Source of the DNA: Escherichia coli
GTDB taxonomy: Bacteria; Pseudomonadota; Gammaproteobacteria; Enterobacterales; Enterobacteriaceae
Length of the DNA: 64,000 bases
Assembly: GCF_965641715.1 (NCBI RefSeq)
Contig: NZ_OZ282453.1
Strand: one strand, 5' to 3'
In this document: piece after piece, positions 42,701-51,639 of the stretch
Numbering within the stretch: position 1 is the first letter of the stretch
Layout of the letters: every line of letters starts with the position of its first letter
Made by a program: the position numbers and the translations under genes
Notes under the pieces: generated by a model
Told to the model about the DNA's origin: nothing
Database searches by the model: none
Seen by the model: only the letters and a program-made list of their open reading frames with translations

Positions 42701-43543
42701 CGCAAAAGGTTGTCGTGCTGGGGATAGCGAGGGAATAGCAGCGAGTACTTTATCTACACAGCGTTGCCACTCATCTTCTGAAGCGAGTGAAAGATGATGA
42801 CATAGACGTTGATGCCAACTCGGTAGCGATTCTGCTTCGTGATTAGGTGGAATGATGGTGGTTACTGCGCCTTTTACTGGTTTATATTTGAGTTGAAGAG
42901 CGAGAAGGGCGATTTCAACGGCACTTTCCAGACCACAGCGAATGACTAAGTCATCGACCAGTTCATCTTGAGAGTAAGAGTTCCAAAAGCCCCAGAGCAA
43001 TGCTGCATCAGATTGCGCACTCCCTGTCGGTTGATTACCCTTAACTCGCATTTGTAACTCAGCAAAAGCCTGCTGCCAGTTTTCTGGATAAGAGCGGTAA
43101 TTGTTGTCGGGATCATATGCCCTGGTGTTATTCGCGATGCGCTTCCATATTTGGCCATCTTTGTACAGATAATTGATCTCTCTGGGGCGAGAGCGATGAG
43201 GAAAAGCAAATCGATTAATATCGTCAGTGACCGGAATGACTGCATCATCAGCCAGCCAGGGGCGTTGGTTTTTACTCTCAGGGGAAGTTTCAACTTCAGG
43301 AGTGGCTTTGGTAATGGGGGGGATATGCACGTTTGCTGAAGCATTTTCCACATAGCCTTTTTTCGTTTTCTCCGCGATAAGCTTCAGTTTCGCTTTTTCC
43401 GCTGCTGCAACATCAGCAAAATTTTTTACCTGGCTTTGCCCTTGGGTACCAACTTTTCCCCAGCTGATATGCAACTCGTTTCCCTGCTGCTCCACCGCCC
43501 AGAATTTATGTGATTTTTCGTCCTGATAGATAAAGTGTCTCAT
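39746..43543 (-). CDS. molR: WGR-domain plus DUF4132 protein, full length (MolR-like)
   Basis: 1265-aa uninterrupted ORF; N-terminal WGR (KFWAVEQQGNELHISWGKVGT); position directly downstream of metG. Confidence 0.85.
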   Translation of the reverse strand: MRHFIYQDEKSHKFWAVEQQGNELHISWGKVGTQGQSQVKNFADVAAAEKAKLKLIAEKTKKGYVENASANVHIPPITKATPEVETSPESKNQRPWLADDAVIPVTDDINRFAFPHRSRPREINYLYKDGQIWKRIANNTRAYDPDNNYRSYPENWQQAFAELQMRVKGNQPTGSAQSDAALLWGFWNSYSQDELVDDLVIRCGLESAVEIALLALQLKYKPVKGAVTTIIPPNHEAESLPSWHQRLCHHLSLASEDEWQRCVDKVLAAIPSLSPARQPFAALLLPERPDIANAMALRYADQNVPAMTWLRLVVTDDAALTTAEKYDFPPLYHDFRAYLAMLLANNGVRGVSRILLEFTEEHSDNPTYLFERISETEDLVKWLWKTNHPDAIQILILGVNGKKKHLEYLSKACQKHPAAAIAAYATLLAIHENNEWRKALVKLITATPELVCEVIPWVNAKAAGILSECRPLPVAEECEYATVDMLPELLVAPPWVINKKKNVIPVFDLPVLPIPAVTDITPGITELISHTDISRFSEIAQYQASQQTLFTDLPPIKKERWETSFIPLTPEQQILWRLGFKEWRRTGEEQYEKKIMPQSAVDALLRFDFPALKAEFAQYHNKGSRHWQLYALCFLPTQHAISFLNQIINEEQFSGEREILAIFGDAAIPAFMKCLQRKPQQLWIFTLFLGVSELALPMAQRLQKKMSAEDARKWLANFPRHAAAGLLPVALGKKGKDRDCARQALRLLVNLNQRETIEEIAQGYNQPDVLAALATLFDSEPLEEYPAKIAPLPGFYQFTLWRRPRLKSNNLPLSDDAMRHLGTMLSFPRDITAYAGLDIIREIFTRESLAEFGWDLYTAWTEAGAPAKENWAFTSLGILGNDDTARKLTPLIRAWPGESQHKRAVSGLDVLADIGSDVALMLLNGIARKIKFKALQEHAREKINIVAENRGLTMAEMEDRLAPDLGLDSSGSLILDFGPRKFTVGFDETLKPVVCDANGKVLKDLPKPNQSDDKTLATDAVNLFKQLKKDVRAIASQHITRLEQAMCQRRRWTAEQFRLFLVEHPLVRHLTRRLLWGVYNDENALITCFRVAEDSTYSDAQDELFTLPAGNIGIPHVLEIPPESAAAFRQIYVDYELLPPFQQLERGSYHLADNERNVHELSRWNGRLCQAGRIVGLERRGWQRLEESGSVYAMRKSTPYGALELETEPFSLIYGETGYSDLLPVESVKITAPYDRYGKQSSPTFSMLDDITASELINDIESLFD
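43475..43528. repeat. 54-bp segment identical to 39665-39718
   Basis: direct sequence comparison. Confidence 0.85.
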
Positions 43544-43640
43544 TCTGCATCCCTGTAATTTTATCCAGTTGAATGCAGATGCTACCAGTATTTATGCGGG
43601 TTAGAGAGAGACAAAATCGTAAGAAAACAACTTTAGGAAT

Positions 43641-43674
43641 TTATAAAGAAAAGGCGCTGTCGATGCAGCGCCTT
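43641..43674 (-). terminator. intrinsic terminator downstream of metG
   Basis: perfect 9-bp inverted repeat AAGGCGCTG / CAGCGCCTT followed on the minus strand by a T-rich tract. Confidence 0.7.
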
Positions 43675-43683
43675 GAAGGGGGA

Positions 43684-45717
43684 TTATTTCACCTGATGAC
43701 CCGGTTTAGCACCAGCATCCGGGCTTAGCAGGAAAATATCTTTCCCGCCAGGACCGGCAGCCATCACCATGCCTTCGGAGATACCGAAGCGCATTTTACG
43801 TGGTGCCAGGTTAGCCACCATAATGGTGTGACGACCAATCAGTACCTGCGGATCCGGGTAAGCAGAACGAATGCCAGAGAAGACATTGCGTTTTTCACCG
43901 CCGAGATCCAGCGTCAGGCGCAGCAGTTTGTCAGAACCTTCAACAAACTCTGCGTTTTCAATCAGCGCCACGCGCAGGTCAACTTTAGCGAAGTCGTCAA
44001 AGGTGATGGTTTCCTGAATCGGATCATCTGCCAGCGGGCCAGTTACCGGCGCGGCAGCTGCTTTCACTTCTTCTTTAGACGCTTCCACCAGTGCTTCAAC
44101 CTGCTTCATATCTATGCGGTTATACAGCGCCTTGAACGGATTCACTTTATGGCCCAGCAGCGGTTGCTGGATACCATCCCAGGTCAGTTCCGTATTCAGG
44201 AATGCTTCTGCGCGCTCGGTCAGTTTCGGCAGTACCGGCTTCAGGTAAGTCATCAGCACGCGGAACAGGTTTATGCCCATCGAGCAAATTGCCTGCAGGT
44301 CAGCATCGCGGCCTTCCTGTTTCGCCACCACCCACGGAGCCTGTTCATCGACATAGCGGTTAGCCAGATCAGCCAGCGCCATGATTTCGCGCACTGCTTT
44401 ACCAAATTCGCGGCTTTCCCACGCTTCACCAATCACTTCAGCGGCATCAGTGAAGGTTTTGTACAACTGCGGGTCAGCCAGTTCGCTTGCCAGCACGCCG
44501 TCAAAACGCTTGTTGATAAAGCCCGCATTACGAGAGGCCAGGTTAACCACTTTGTTAACGATATCGGCATTCACGCGCTGAACGAAATCTTCCAGGTTGA
44601 GATCGATATCATCAATGCGCGAAGAGAGTTTCGCAGTGTAGTAGTAACGCAGGCTGTCGGCGTCAAAATGATTCAGCCAGGTGCTGGCCTTAATAAAGGT
44701 GCCACGAGACTTAGACATCTTCGCGCCATTCACCGTCACATAGCCGTGAACAAACAGGTTGGTCGGCTTGCGGAAGTTGCTGCCTTCCAACATGGCAGGC
44801 CAGAACAGACTGTGGAAGTAAACGATGTCTTTGCCGATGAAGTGATACAGCTCAGCGGTGGAATCTTTCTTCCAGTATTCATCGAAGTTTACAGTGTCGC
44901 CGCGCTTGTCGCACAGATTCTTGAAAGAACCCATGTAGCCAATCGGTGCGTCCAGCCAGACGTAGAAGTATTTGCCCGGCGCGTTCGGAATTTCGAAACC
45001 GAAGTACGGTGCATCTCGGGAGATATCCCACTGTTGCAGGCCGGATTCAAACCATTCCTGCATTTTGTTGGCCACCTGCTCCTGCAACGCGCCGCTGCGA
45101 GTCCATGCCTGCAACATTTCGCTGAAAGAGGGCAGATCAAAGAAGAAGTGTTCGGAATCACGCATTACCGGCGTAGCGCCAGAAACCACCGATTTTGGTT
45201 CGATCAATTCAGTCGGGCTATATGTTGCGCCGCAGACTTCACAGTTATCGCCGTATTGATCCGGCGATTTACATTTCGGGCAGGTACCTTTCACAAAACG
45301 GTCCGGCAGGAACATGCCTTTTTCCGGATCGTACAGTTGAGAGATGGTGCGGTTTTTAATAAAACCGTTCTCTTTCAGGCGGCTGTATATAAGCTCCGAC
45401 AGCTGACGGTTCTCTTCGCTGTGCGTAGAGTGGTAATTGTCGTAGCTGATGTTAAAGCCTGCGAAATCAGTCTGATGTTCCTGACTCATTTCGCCAATCA
45501 TCTGCTCCGGGGTGATACCAAGCTGCTGAGCTTTCAGCATGATTGGCGTACCGTGGGCATCGTCGGCGCAGATGAAGTTGACTTCGTGGCCGCGCATTCG
45601 CTGGTAACGGACCCAGACATCAGCCTGGATGTGCTCCAGCATATGGCCGAGGTGGATTGAGCCGTTGGCGTACGGCAGTGCGCACGTTACCAGAATTTTC
45701 TTCGCGACTTGAGTCAT
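43684..45717 (-). CDS. metG: methionyl-tRNA synthetase
   Basis: start at [26 protein letters not shown] (HIGH-type motif), KMSKS present, zinc knuckle CPKCKS..CEVCG. Confidence 0.95.
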   Translation of the reverse strand: MTQVAKKILVTCALPYANGSIHLGHMLEHIQADVWVRYQRMRGHEVNFICADDAHGTPIMLKAQQLGITPEQMIGEMSQEHQTDFAGFNISYDNYHSTHSEENRQLSELIYSRLKENGFIKNRTISQLYDPEKGMFLPDRFVKGTCPKCKSPDQYGDNCEVCGATYSPTELIEPKSVVSGATPVMRDSEHFFFDLPSFSEMLQAWTRSGALQEQVANKMQEWFESGLQQWDISRDAPYFGFEIPNAPGKYFYVWLDAPIGYMGSFKNLCDKRGDTVNFDEYWKKDSTAELYHFIGKDIVYFHSLFWPAMLEGSNFRKPTNLFVHGYVTVNGAKMSKSRGTFIKASTWLNHFDADSLRYYYTAKLSSRIDDIDLNLEDFVQRVNADIVNKVVNLASRNAGFINKRFDGVLASELADPQLYKTFTDAAEVIGEAWESREFGKAVREIMALADLANRYVDEQAPWVVAKQEGRDADLQAICSMGINLFRVLMTYLKPVLPKLTERAEAFLNTELTWDGIQQPLLGHKVNPFKALYNRIDMKQVEALVEASKEEVKAAAAPVTGPLADDPIQETITFDDFAKVDLRVALIENAEFVEGSDKLLRLTLDLGGEKRNVFSGIRSAYPDPQVLIGRHTIMVANLAPRKMRFGISEGMVMAAGPGGKDIFLLSPDAGAKPGHQVK

Positions 45718-45884
45718 AGTAGGCATTACTTCTTTGTAGTGAAAAGGGCTTAGATAGTACCAAATGGGGCATGGTTACGTAAGTCCTGTGCAAGCATCTT
45801 ATGATGCATTATTAGGTAAGTACTTAGCTGTTAACTTCAGGTAAACTAATAGCGATAAGTTATCTTTATAAATAAGGAGTCGGG

Positions 45885-46994
45885 ATGAACGAACAATCCC
45901 AGGCCAAATCACCAGAAGCCTTGCGCGCAATGGTCGCCGGGACACTGGCCAATTTTCAGCACCCAACCCTGAAGCATAACCTCACCACGCTGAAAGCGTT
46001 GCACCATGTCGCCTGGATGGACGACACGTTGCATGTGGAACTGGTTATGCCATTCGTCTGGCATAGCGCGTTTGAAGAGTTAAAAGAGCAATGTAGCGCC
46101 GAACTGCTGCGTATCACCGGGGCGAAAGCTATCGACTGGAAACTGTCGCACAATATCGCCACCTTAAAACGCGTGAAGAATCAGCCGGGTATTAATGGCG
46201 TGAAGAACATCATTGCGGTCAGTTCCGGTAAAGGCGGCGTGGGTAAATCCTCCACGGCGGTAAACCTGGCGCTGGCACTGGCGGCGGAAGGGGCGAAAGT
46301 CGGTATTCTGGACGCCGATATCTACGGCCCATCAATTCCCACCATGCTGGGCGCAGAAAATCAGCGTCCAACTTCGCCGGACGGTACCCATATGGCACCG
46401 ATTATGTCTCATGGCCTGGCAACCAATTCAATTGGTTATCTGGTCACTGACGACAATGCGATGGTGTGGCGTGGACCGATGGCGAGCAAGGCGTTAATGC
46501 AGATGTTGCAGGAAACCTTGTGGCCGGATCTCGACTATCTGGTGCTTGATATGCCGCCAGGCACCGGTGACATTCAATTGACGCTGGCGCAGAACATTCC
46601 GGTAACTGGTGCAGTCGTGGTCACCACCCCGCAGGACATCGCGTTGATCGATGCGAAAAAAGGCATTGTGATGTTCGAGAAAGTCGAGGTTCCGGTGCTC
46701 GGTATTGTCGAGAACATGAGTGTGCATATTTGTAGTAACTGTGGTCACCATGAACCGATTTTCGGTACCGGTGGTGCAGAGAAACTGGCTGAAAAATACC
46801 ATACACAGCTGCTGGGGCAGATGCCGTTACACATCTCCTTACGTGAGGATCTCGATAAAGGCACGCCAACGGTTATCAGCCGTCCGGAGAGCGAATTTAC
46901 CGCTATCTACCGCCAGCTGGCTGACCGCGTTGCAGCTCAGCTCTACTGGCAGGGTGAAGTTATTCCAGGCGAGATTTCCTTCCGCGCGGTCTAA
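45885..46994 (+). CDS. apbC: Fe-S cluster carrier ATPase ApbC/Mrp
   Basis: 369 aa; P-loop SGKGGVGKSS; CxxC motif (CSNCGH). Confidence 0.93.
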   Translation: MNEQSQAKSPEALRAMVAGTLANFQHPTLKHNLTTLKALHHVAWMDDTLHVELVMPFVWHSAFEELKEQCSAELLRITGAKAIDWKLSHNIATLKRVKNQPGINGVKNIIAVSSGKGGVGKSSTAVNLALALAAEGAKVGILDADIYGPSIPTMLGAENQRPTSPDGTHMAPIMSHGLATNSIGYLVTDDNAMVWRGPMASKALMQMLQETLWPDLDYLVLDMPPGTGDIQLTLAQNIPVTGAVVVTTPQDIALIDAKKGIVMFEKVEVPVLGIVENMSVHICSNCGHHEPIFGTGGAEKLAEKYHTQLLGQMPLHISLREDLDKGTPTVISRPESEFTAIYRQLADRVAAQLYWQGEVIPGEISFRAV

Positions 46995-47022
46995 CGCCTA
47001 TTAACCATTCTGGTTATTCTTC

Positions 47023-47066
47023 ATACACCGCAGAGATGTTACATTGATGCGGTGTATTTGTTTTTG
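47023..47066 (+). terminator. intrinsic terminator after apbC
   Basis: 10-bp inverted repeat ATACACCGCA / TGCGGTGTAT followed by TTGTTTTTG. Confidence 0.7.
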
Positions 47067-47255
47067 CCGCATTAATGAACACTTATTTAATACTGCGAAT
47101 ATTCAGTGGATCTTAGTCCGAAACTGTACAAAGGCGATTGATTGTGCAACCACTGTCTCTTTATCATCCCTCGTGGCTGTGTAGCGGATGTACAGCTATA
47201 GTGTGTTATGCACTCAATCTACCCGGCATAACCTTTACTACAGGGATAACGTTCA

Positions 47256-47537
47256 ATGAATAAGTATTGGTTGTCAGGAGCTGTTTTTCTTGCTTATGGA
47301 CTAGCATCACCCGCGTTCTCTTCTGATACTGCAACATTAACCATCAATGGCAGAATTAGTTCCCCTACATGCAGTATGGATGTTGTTAATAATCATCTTC
47401 AGCAACGTTGTGGGCAGTTGTTACAACGAGTTGAAACCAACTATCGTGCTTCTTCTACTGCAAAAGGCGTTACGACAGAAGTGGTAGCTGTGGGTAATAA
47501 CGACAAACGCAAAATCGTGTTAAATCGCTACGATTAA
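47256..47537 (+). CDS. yehE: small secreted protein YehE
   Basis: 93 aa with signal peptide, upstream of the fimbrial genes. Confidence 0.8.
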   Translation: MNKYWLSGAVFLAYGLASPAFSSDTATLTINGRISSPTCSMDVVNNHLQQRCGQLLQRVETNYRASSTAKGVTTEVVAVGNNDKRKIVLNRYD

Positions 47538-47566
47538 TTTGCCAACACCGTTTTAAGCATATTTAA

Positions 47567-47608
47567 AAAGCCAAAATCATTCCTATGAATGATTTTGGCT
47601 TTTTTATT
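47567..47608 (+). terminator. intrinsic terminator after yehE
   Basis: 15-bp inverted repeat AAGCCAAAATCATTC / GAATGATTTTGGCTT followed by TTTTTT. Confidence 0.75.
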
Positions 47609-47828
47609 CATCCCATAAATGTTATTTACGGTAATTTACGGTAATTAATCAGTTTCAAAAATGTTTGTTATAGCGAATTATTTGTTGTATTTATATCGCA
47701 TTAGTTAATTTGTTTTAAATCAACAAAACAATATGTTTACATTGCGGCAACCTTTTTGATGTGAGAAATTTGTTTCCAAGAGATACAGACTCTTAACAAA
47801 ACAAAATAAACTTATTAAGGAATGCATC

Positions 47829-48371
47829 ATGAAACATTCAATTATTGCTGTCGCTGTCTTATCTTCTGTATTTATGAGTGCTGGTATTTTCGCTGCTGAA
47901 GTAGATACCGGAACTTTAACCATTAAAGGTAATATTGCTGAATCACCATGTACATTTGTCGCTGGCGGTGATTCAGTCAGTATTAATATGCCGACTGTAC
48001 CCACCACTGTATTTGATGGAAAAGCGAAATATTCAACTTATGATGGCGCGGTTGGTGTAACCAGCAGTATGCTGAAAATTACTTGTCCGAAGACTATTGA
48101 TGGCGTAAAACTTTCGTTGATCACCAACGAGAAAATTCTTGGTAATGATAAGGCAATATCCAGTAGTAATGACACAGTTGGATACTATCTCTATTTGGGA
48201 GATAGCAGTGACGTACTGGATATTTCCGCACCATTTAATATTGAAAGTTATAAAACTGCTGATGGACAATATGCAATACCGTTTAAGGCAAAATATCTGA
48301 AGTTGACTGACAGTGGTGTTGCATCTGGTACTGTTAACTCTTCATTGGTTATGCGTGTTGCCCAGGATTAA
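47829..48371 (+). CDS. yehD: fimbrial major subunit YehD
   Basis: 180 aa with signal peptide and fimbrial subunit fold, AT-rich upstream region. Confidence 0.9.
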   Translation: MKHSIIAVAVLSSVFMSAGIFAAEVDTGTLTIKGNIAESPCTFVAGGDSVSINMPTVPTTVFDGKAKYSTYDGAVGVTSSMLKITCPKTIDGVKLSLITNEKILGNDKAISSSNDTVGYYLYLGDSSDVLDISAPFNIESYKTADGQYAIPFKAKYLKLTDSGVASGTVNSSLVMRVAQD

Positions 48372-48411
48372 ATATTTAAAATAATCATCTTGTTTTTTCA
48401 GTAAGTTAAAA

Positions 48412-48435
48412 TGGCCGCCATATTCATGGCGGCCA
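48412..48435 (+). promoter_or_regulatory. intercistronic stem-loop between pilin and chaperone genes
   Basis: perfect 10-bp inverted repeat TGGCCGCCAT-attc-ATGGCGGCCA with no T-run. Confidence 0.5.
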
Positions 48436-48458
48436 GCATAAATATAAGAGGCATTAAG

Positions 48459-49133
48459 ATGAAAGGGTTATTATCTTTACTCATCTCTTCTATGATATTC
48501 CCCGTGCATGCCGGAATGGTTATTTTCGGGACCCGTATCATTTACCCGGCAGAGCAGAAAGAGGTCATGGTACAACTGATGAATCAGGGAAACCGCTCTT
48601 CGCTGATGCAGGCGTGGATTGATGATGGCGACACGTCTCTGCCGCCAGAAAAGATTCAGGTTCCTTTCATGTTAACGCCACCAGTAGTGAAAGTAGCGGC
48701 CAATTCTGGGCAACAAATAAAAATTAAAATCATGCCTAATAAATTACCCAGTAATAAGGAAAGTATTTTTTATCTTAATGTTCTGGATATTCCACCGAAT
48801 AGCCCAGAAGATGAAGGAAAGAATGCGTTAAAATTTGCCATGCAAAACAGAATCAAGTTGTTTTACCGACCTGCTGGTATTGCTCCGGTAAATAAAACGA
48901 CTTTTAAAAAATTACGAGTGAGTCGTAGCGGTAATAACGTAGTCATAAAAAATGACTCGCCAAATTGGGTAACGATTTCTGATGTTAAGGCTAATAACGT
49001 CAAAGTGAATTATGAAACAATCATGATTGCACCACATGAAAGTCAGAATGTTAGTGTAAAAAATAATAATGCGAATAGCTGGCAACTGACCATTATCGAT
49101 GACCACGGCAACTATATTAGTGACAAAATTTAA
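48459..49133 (+). CDS. yehC: periplasmic fimbrial chaperone YehC
   Basis: start at MKGLLSLL with AAGAGG RBS; PapD-like chaperone. Confidence 0.9.
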   Translation: MKGLLSLLISSMIFPVHAGMVIFGTRIIYPAEQKEVMVQLMNQGNRSSLMQAWIDDGDTSLPPEKIQVPFMLTPPVVKVAANSGQQIKIKIMPNKLPSNKESIFYLNVLDIPPNSPEDEGKNALKFAMQNRIKLFYRPAGIAPVNKTTFKKLRVSRSGNNVVIKNDSPNWVTISDVKANNVKVNYETIMIAPHESQNVSVKNNNANSWQLTIIDDHGNYISDKI

Positions 49134-49148
49134 TTGCAGGAGCTGCCT

Positions 49149-51629
49149 ATGTTGAGAATGACCCCACTTGCATCAGCAATAGTCGCGTTATTGCTCGGCA
49201 TTGAAGCACATGCAGCAGAAGAAACCTTTGACACCCATTTTATGATGGGAGGAATGAAAGGTGAGCAAGTAACAAATTTGCGTCTTGATGATAATCAGCC
49301 TTTACCTGGGCAGTACGACATTGATATTTATGTCAATAAACAATGGCGTGGAAAATATGAGATTATCGTCAAAGATAACCCACATGAAACTTGCCTGACG
49401 CGTGAAATTGTAAAGCGGTTAGGTATAAATAGCGATAATTTTGCACGCGAAAATCAGTGTTTAACATTTGAGCAACTTGTTCAGGGCGGAAGCTACTCCT
49501 GGGATATTGGGATTTTTCGTTTGGATCTCGCTGTTCCGCAAGCCTGGGTCGAAGAGCTGGAAAATGGTTACGTTCCGCCAGTAAACTGGGAGCGGGGAAT
49601 CAATGCGTTTTATACGTCTTATTACGTAAGTCAGTATTACAGTGACTATAAAGCCTCGGGCAATAGTAAGAGCACTTATGTGCGTTTTAACAGTGGGCTA
49701 AATTTGCTGGGATGGCAGCTGCATTCAGATGCCAGTTTTAGCAAAACGGATAATAATCCTGGTGAGTGGAAAAGCAACACACTGTTTCTGGAGCATGGAT
49801 TTTCTCAAATTCTCGGTGCGCTGCGTATTGGTGATATGTACACCTCATCCGATATATTTGATTCCGTTCGCTTCACCGGGGTTCGGTTATTTCGTGATAT
49901 GCAGATGTTGCCAAACTCGAAGCAAAATTTTACCCCACGGGTACAGGGGATTGCCCAGAGTAACGCGTTGGTAACTATTGAACAGAACGGTTTTGTCGTT
50001 TATCAGAAAGAGGTTCCACCAGGTCCGTTTTCGATTAGTGATTTGCAGTTAGCGGGCGGAGGGGCGGATCTTGATGTTAGTGTTAAGGAAGCCGATGGTT
50101 CTGTGACTACGTATCTGGTGCCTTATGCGGCAGTACCTAATATGCTGCAACCAGGTGTATCAAAATATGATTTTGCGGCAGGCCGTAGTCATATTGAAGG
50201 TGCGAGCAAGCAAAGTGATTTTGTCCAGGTCGGTTATCAGTATGGTTTTAATAATTTATTGACGCTGTATGGCGGCACGATGGTTGCTAATAATTACTAT
50301 GCCTTTACCCTCGGAACAGGTTGGAACACGCGTATTGGCGCAATTTCAGTCGATGCAACTAAATCGCACAGTAAGCAAGACAATGGTGATGTGTTTGACG
50401 GACAAAGTTATCAAATTGCCTATAACAAATTTTTGAGCCAAACATCAACACGTTTTGGTCTGGCGGCCTGGCGTTATTCGTCGCGTGATTACCGCACATT
50501 TAACGATTATGTGTGGGCAAATAATAAAGATAATTATCGTCGTGATAAAAACGATGTCTATGATATTGCCGATTATTACCAGAATGATTTTGGTCGCAAA
50601 AATAGCTTTTCCGCCAATATGAGTCAGTCATTGCCAGAAGGCTGGGGATCTGTGTCATTAAGTACTTTATGGCGTGATTACTGGGGGCGAAGCGGCAGTA
50701 GTAAAGATTATCAACTGAGTTATTCCAATAACTGGCGGCGGATAAGCTATACCCTCGCGGCAAGCCAGGCGTATGACGAGAACCACGCCGAAGAGAAACG
50801 CTTTAATATTTTTATATCGATTCCCTTTGACTGGGGCGATGACGTTACGACGCCGCGGCGGCAAATATATATGTCTAACTCAACGACCTTTGATGATCAG
50901 GGTTTTGCTTCAAACAATACCGGATTATCGGGAACCGTTGGGAACCGCGATCAGTTTAACTATGGTATCAACTTGAGCCATCAACATCAGGGAAATGAAA
51001 CGACAGCTGGGGCCAATTTGACCTGGACCGCACCGGCCGCAACAGTGAATGGCAGCTATAGTCAGTCGAGTACTTATCGACAGGTCGGAGCCAGTGTTTC
51101 AGGGGGACTGGTTGCCTGGTCTGGTGGCGTTAATCTGGCGAACCGTCTTTCCGAAACGTTTGCAGTGATGCATGCGCCGGGAATCAAAGATGCTTATGTC
51201 AATGGGCAAAAATATCGCACAACAAACCGTAATGGTGTGGTGGTGTACGACGGACTGACACCTTATCGGGAAAATCACCTGATGATGGATGTGTCGCAAA
51301 GCGATAGCGAAACAGAATTACGCGGGAATCGTAAAATGACCGCCCCTTATCGCGGCGCGGTCGTTCTGGTTGATTTTGATACCGATCAGCGTAAGCCCTG
51401 GTTTATAAAAGCATTAAGATCCGATGGACAGCCATTAACGTTTGGTTATGAAGTCAATGATATGCATGGTCATAACATTGGTGTTGTCGGCCAGGGCAGT
51501 CAGATATTTATTCGCACCAATGAAATACCGCCAGCGGTTAATGTGGCAATTGATAAGCAACAAGGGCTTTCATGCACAATCACCTTCGGTAAAGAGATTG
51601 ATGAAAGTAAAAATTATATCTGTCGGTGA
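49149..51629 (+). CDS. yehB: outer-membrane fimbrial usher YehB
   Basis: 826 aa from MLRMTPLAS; usher family. Confidence 0.9.
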   Translation: MLRMTPLASAIVALLLGIEAHAAEETFDTHFMMGGMKGEQVTNLRLDDNQPLPGQYDIDIYVNKQWRGKYEIIVKDNPHETCLTREIVKRLGINSDNFARENQCLTFEQLVQGGSYSWDIGIFRLDLAVPQAWVEELENGYVPPVNWERGINAFYTSYYVSQYYSDYKASGNSKSTYVRFNSGLNLLGWQLHSDASFSKTDNNPGEWKSNTLFLEHGFSQILGALRIGDMYTSSDIFDSVRFTGVRLFRDMQMLPNSKQNFTPRVQGIAQSNALVTIEQNGFVVYQKEVPPGPFSISDLQLAGGGADLDVSVKEADGSVTTYLVPYAAVPNMLQPGVSKYDFAAGRSHIEGASKQSDFVQVGYQYGFNNLLTLYGGTMVANNYYAFTLGTGWNTRIGAISVDATKSHSKQDNGDVFDGQSYQIAYNKFLSQTSTRFGLAAWRYSSRDYRTFNDYVWANNKDNYRRDKNDVYDIADYYQNDFGRKNSFSANMSQSLPEGWGSVSLSTLWRDYWGRSGSSKDYQLSYSNNWRRISYTLAASQAYDENHAEEKRFNIFISIPFDWGDDVTTPRRQIYMSNSTTFDDQGFASNNTGLSGTVGNRDQFNYGINLSHQHQGNETTAGANLTWTAPAATVNGSYSQSSTYRQVGASVSGGLVAWSGGVNLANRLSETFAVMHAPGIKDAYVNGQKYRTTNRNGVVVYDGLTPYRENHLMMDVSQSDSETELRGNRKMTAPYRGAVVLVDFDTDQRKPWFIKALRSDGQPLTFGYEVNDMHGHNIGVVGQGSQIFIRTNEIPPAVNVAIDKQQGLSCTITFGKEIDESKNYICR

Positions 51630-51639
51630 GAGGTGAAAT

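Noticed and set aside
43828-45660. 610-aa plus-strand ORF spanning almost all of metG
   Set aside because: It is antisense to an unambiguous methionyl-tRNA synthetase (HIGH, KMSKS and zinc-knuckle motifs on the minus strand); its translation is Arg/Phe-rich low complexity, typical of a shadow ORF in a high-GC third-position gene
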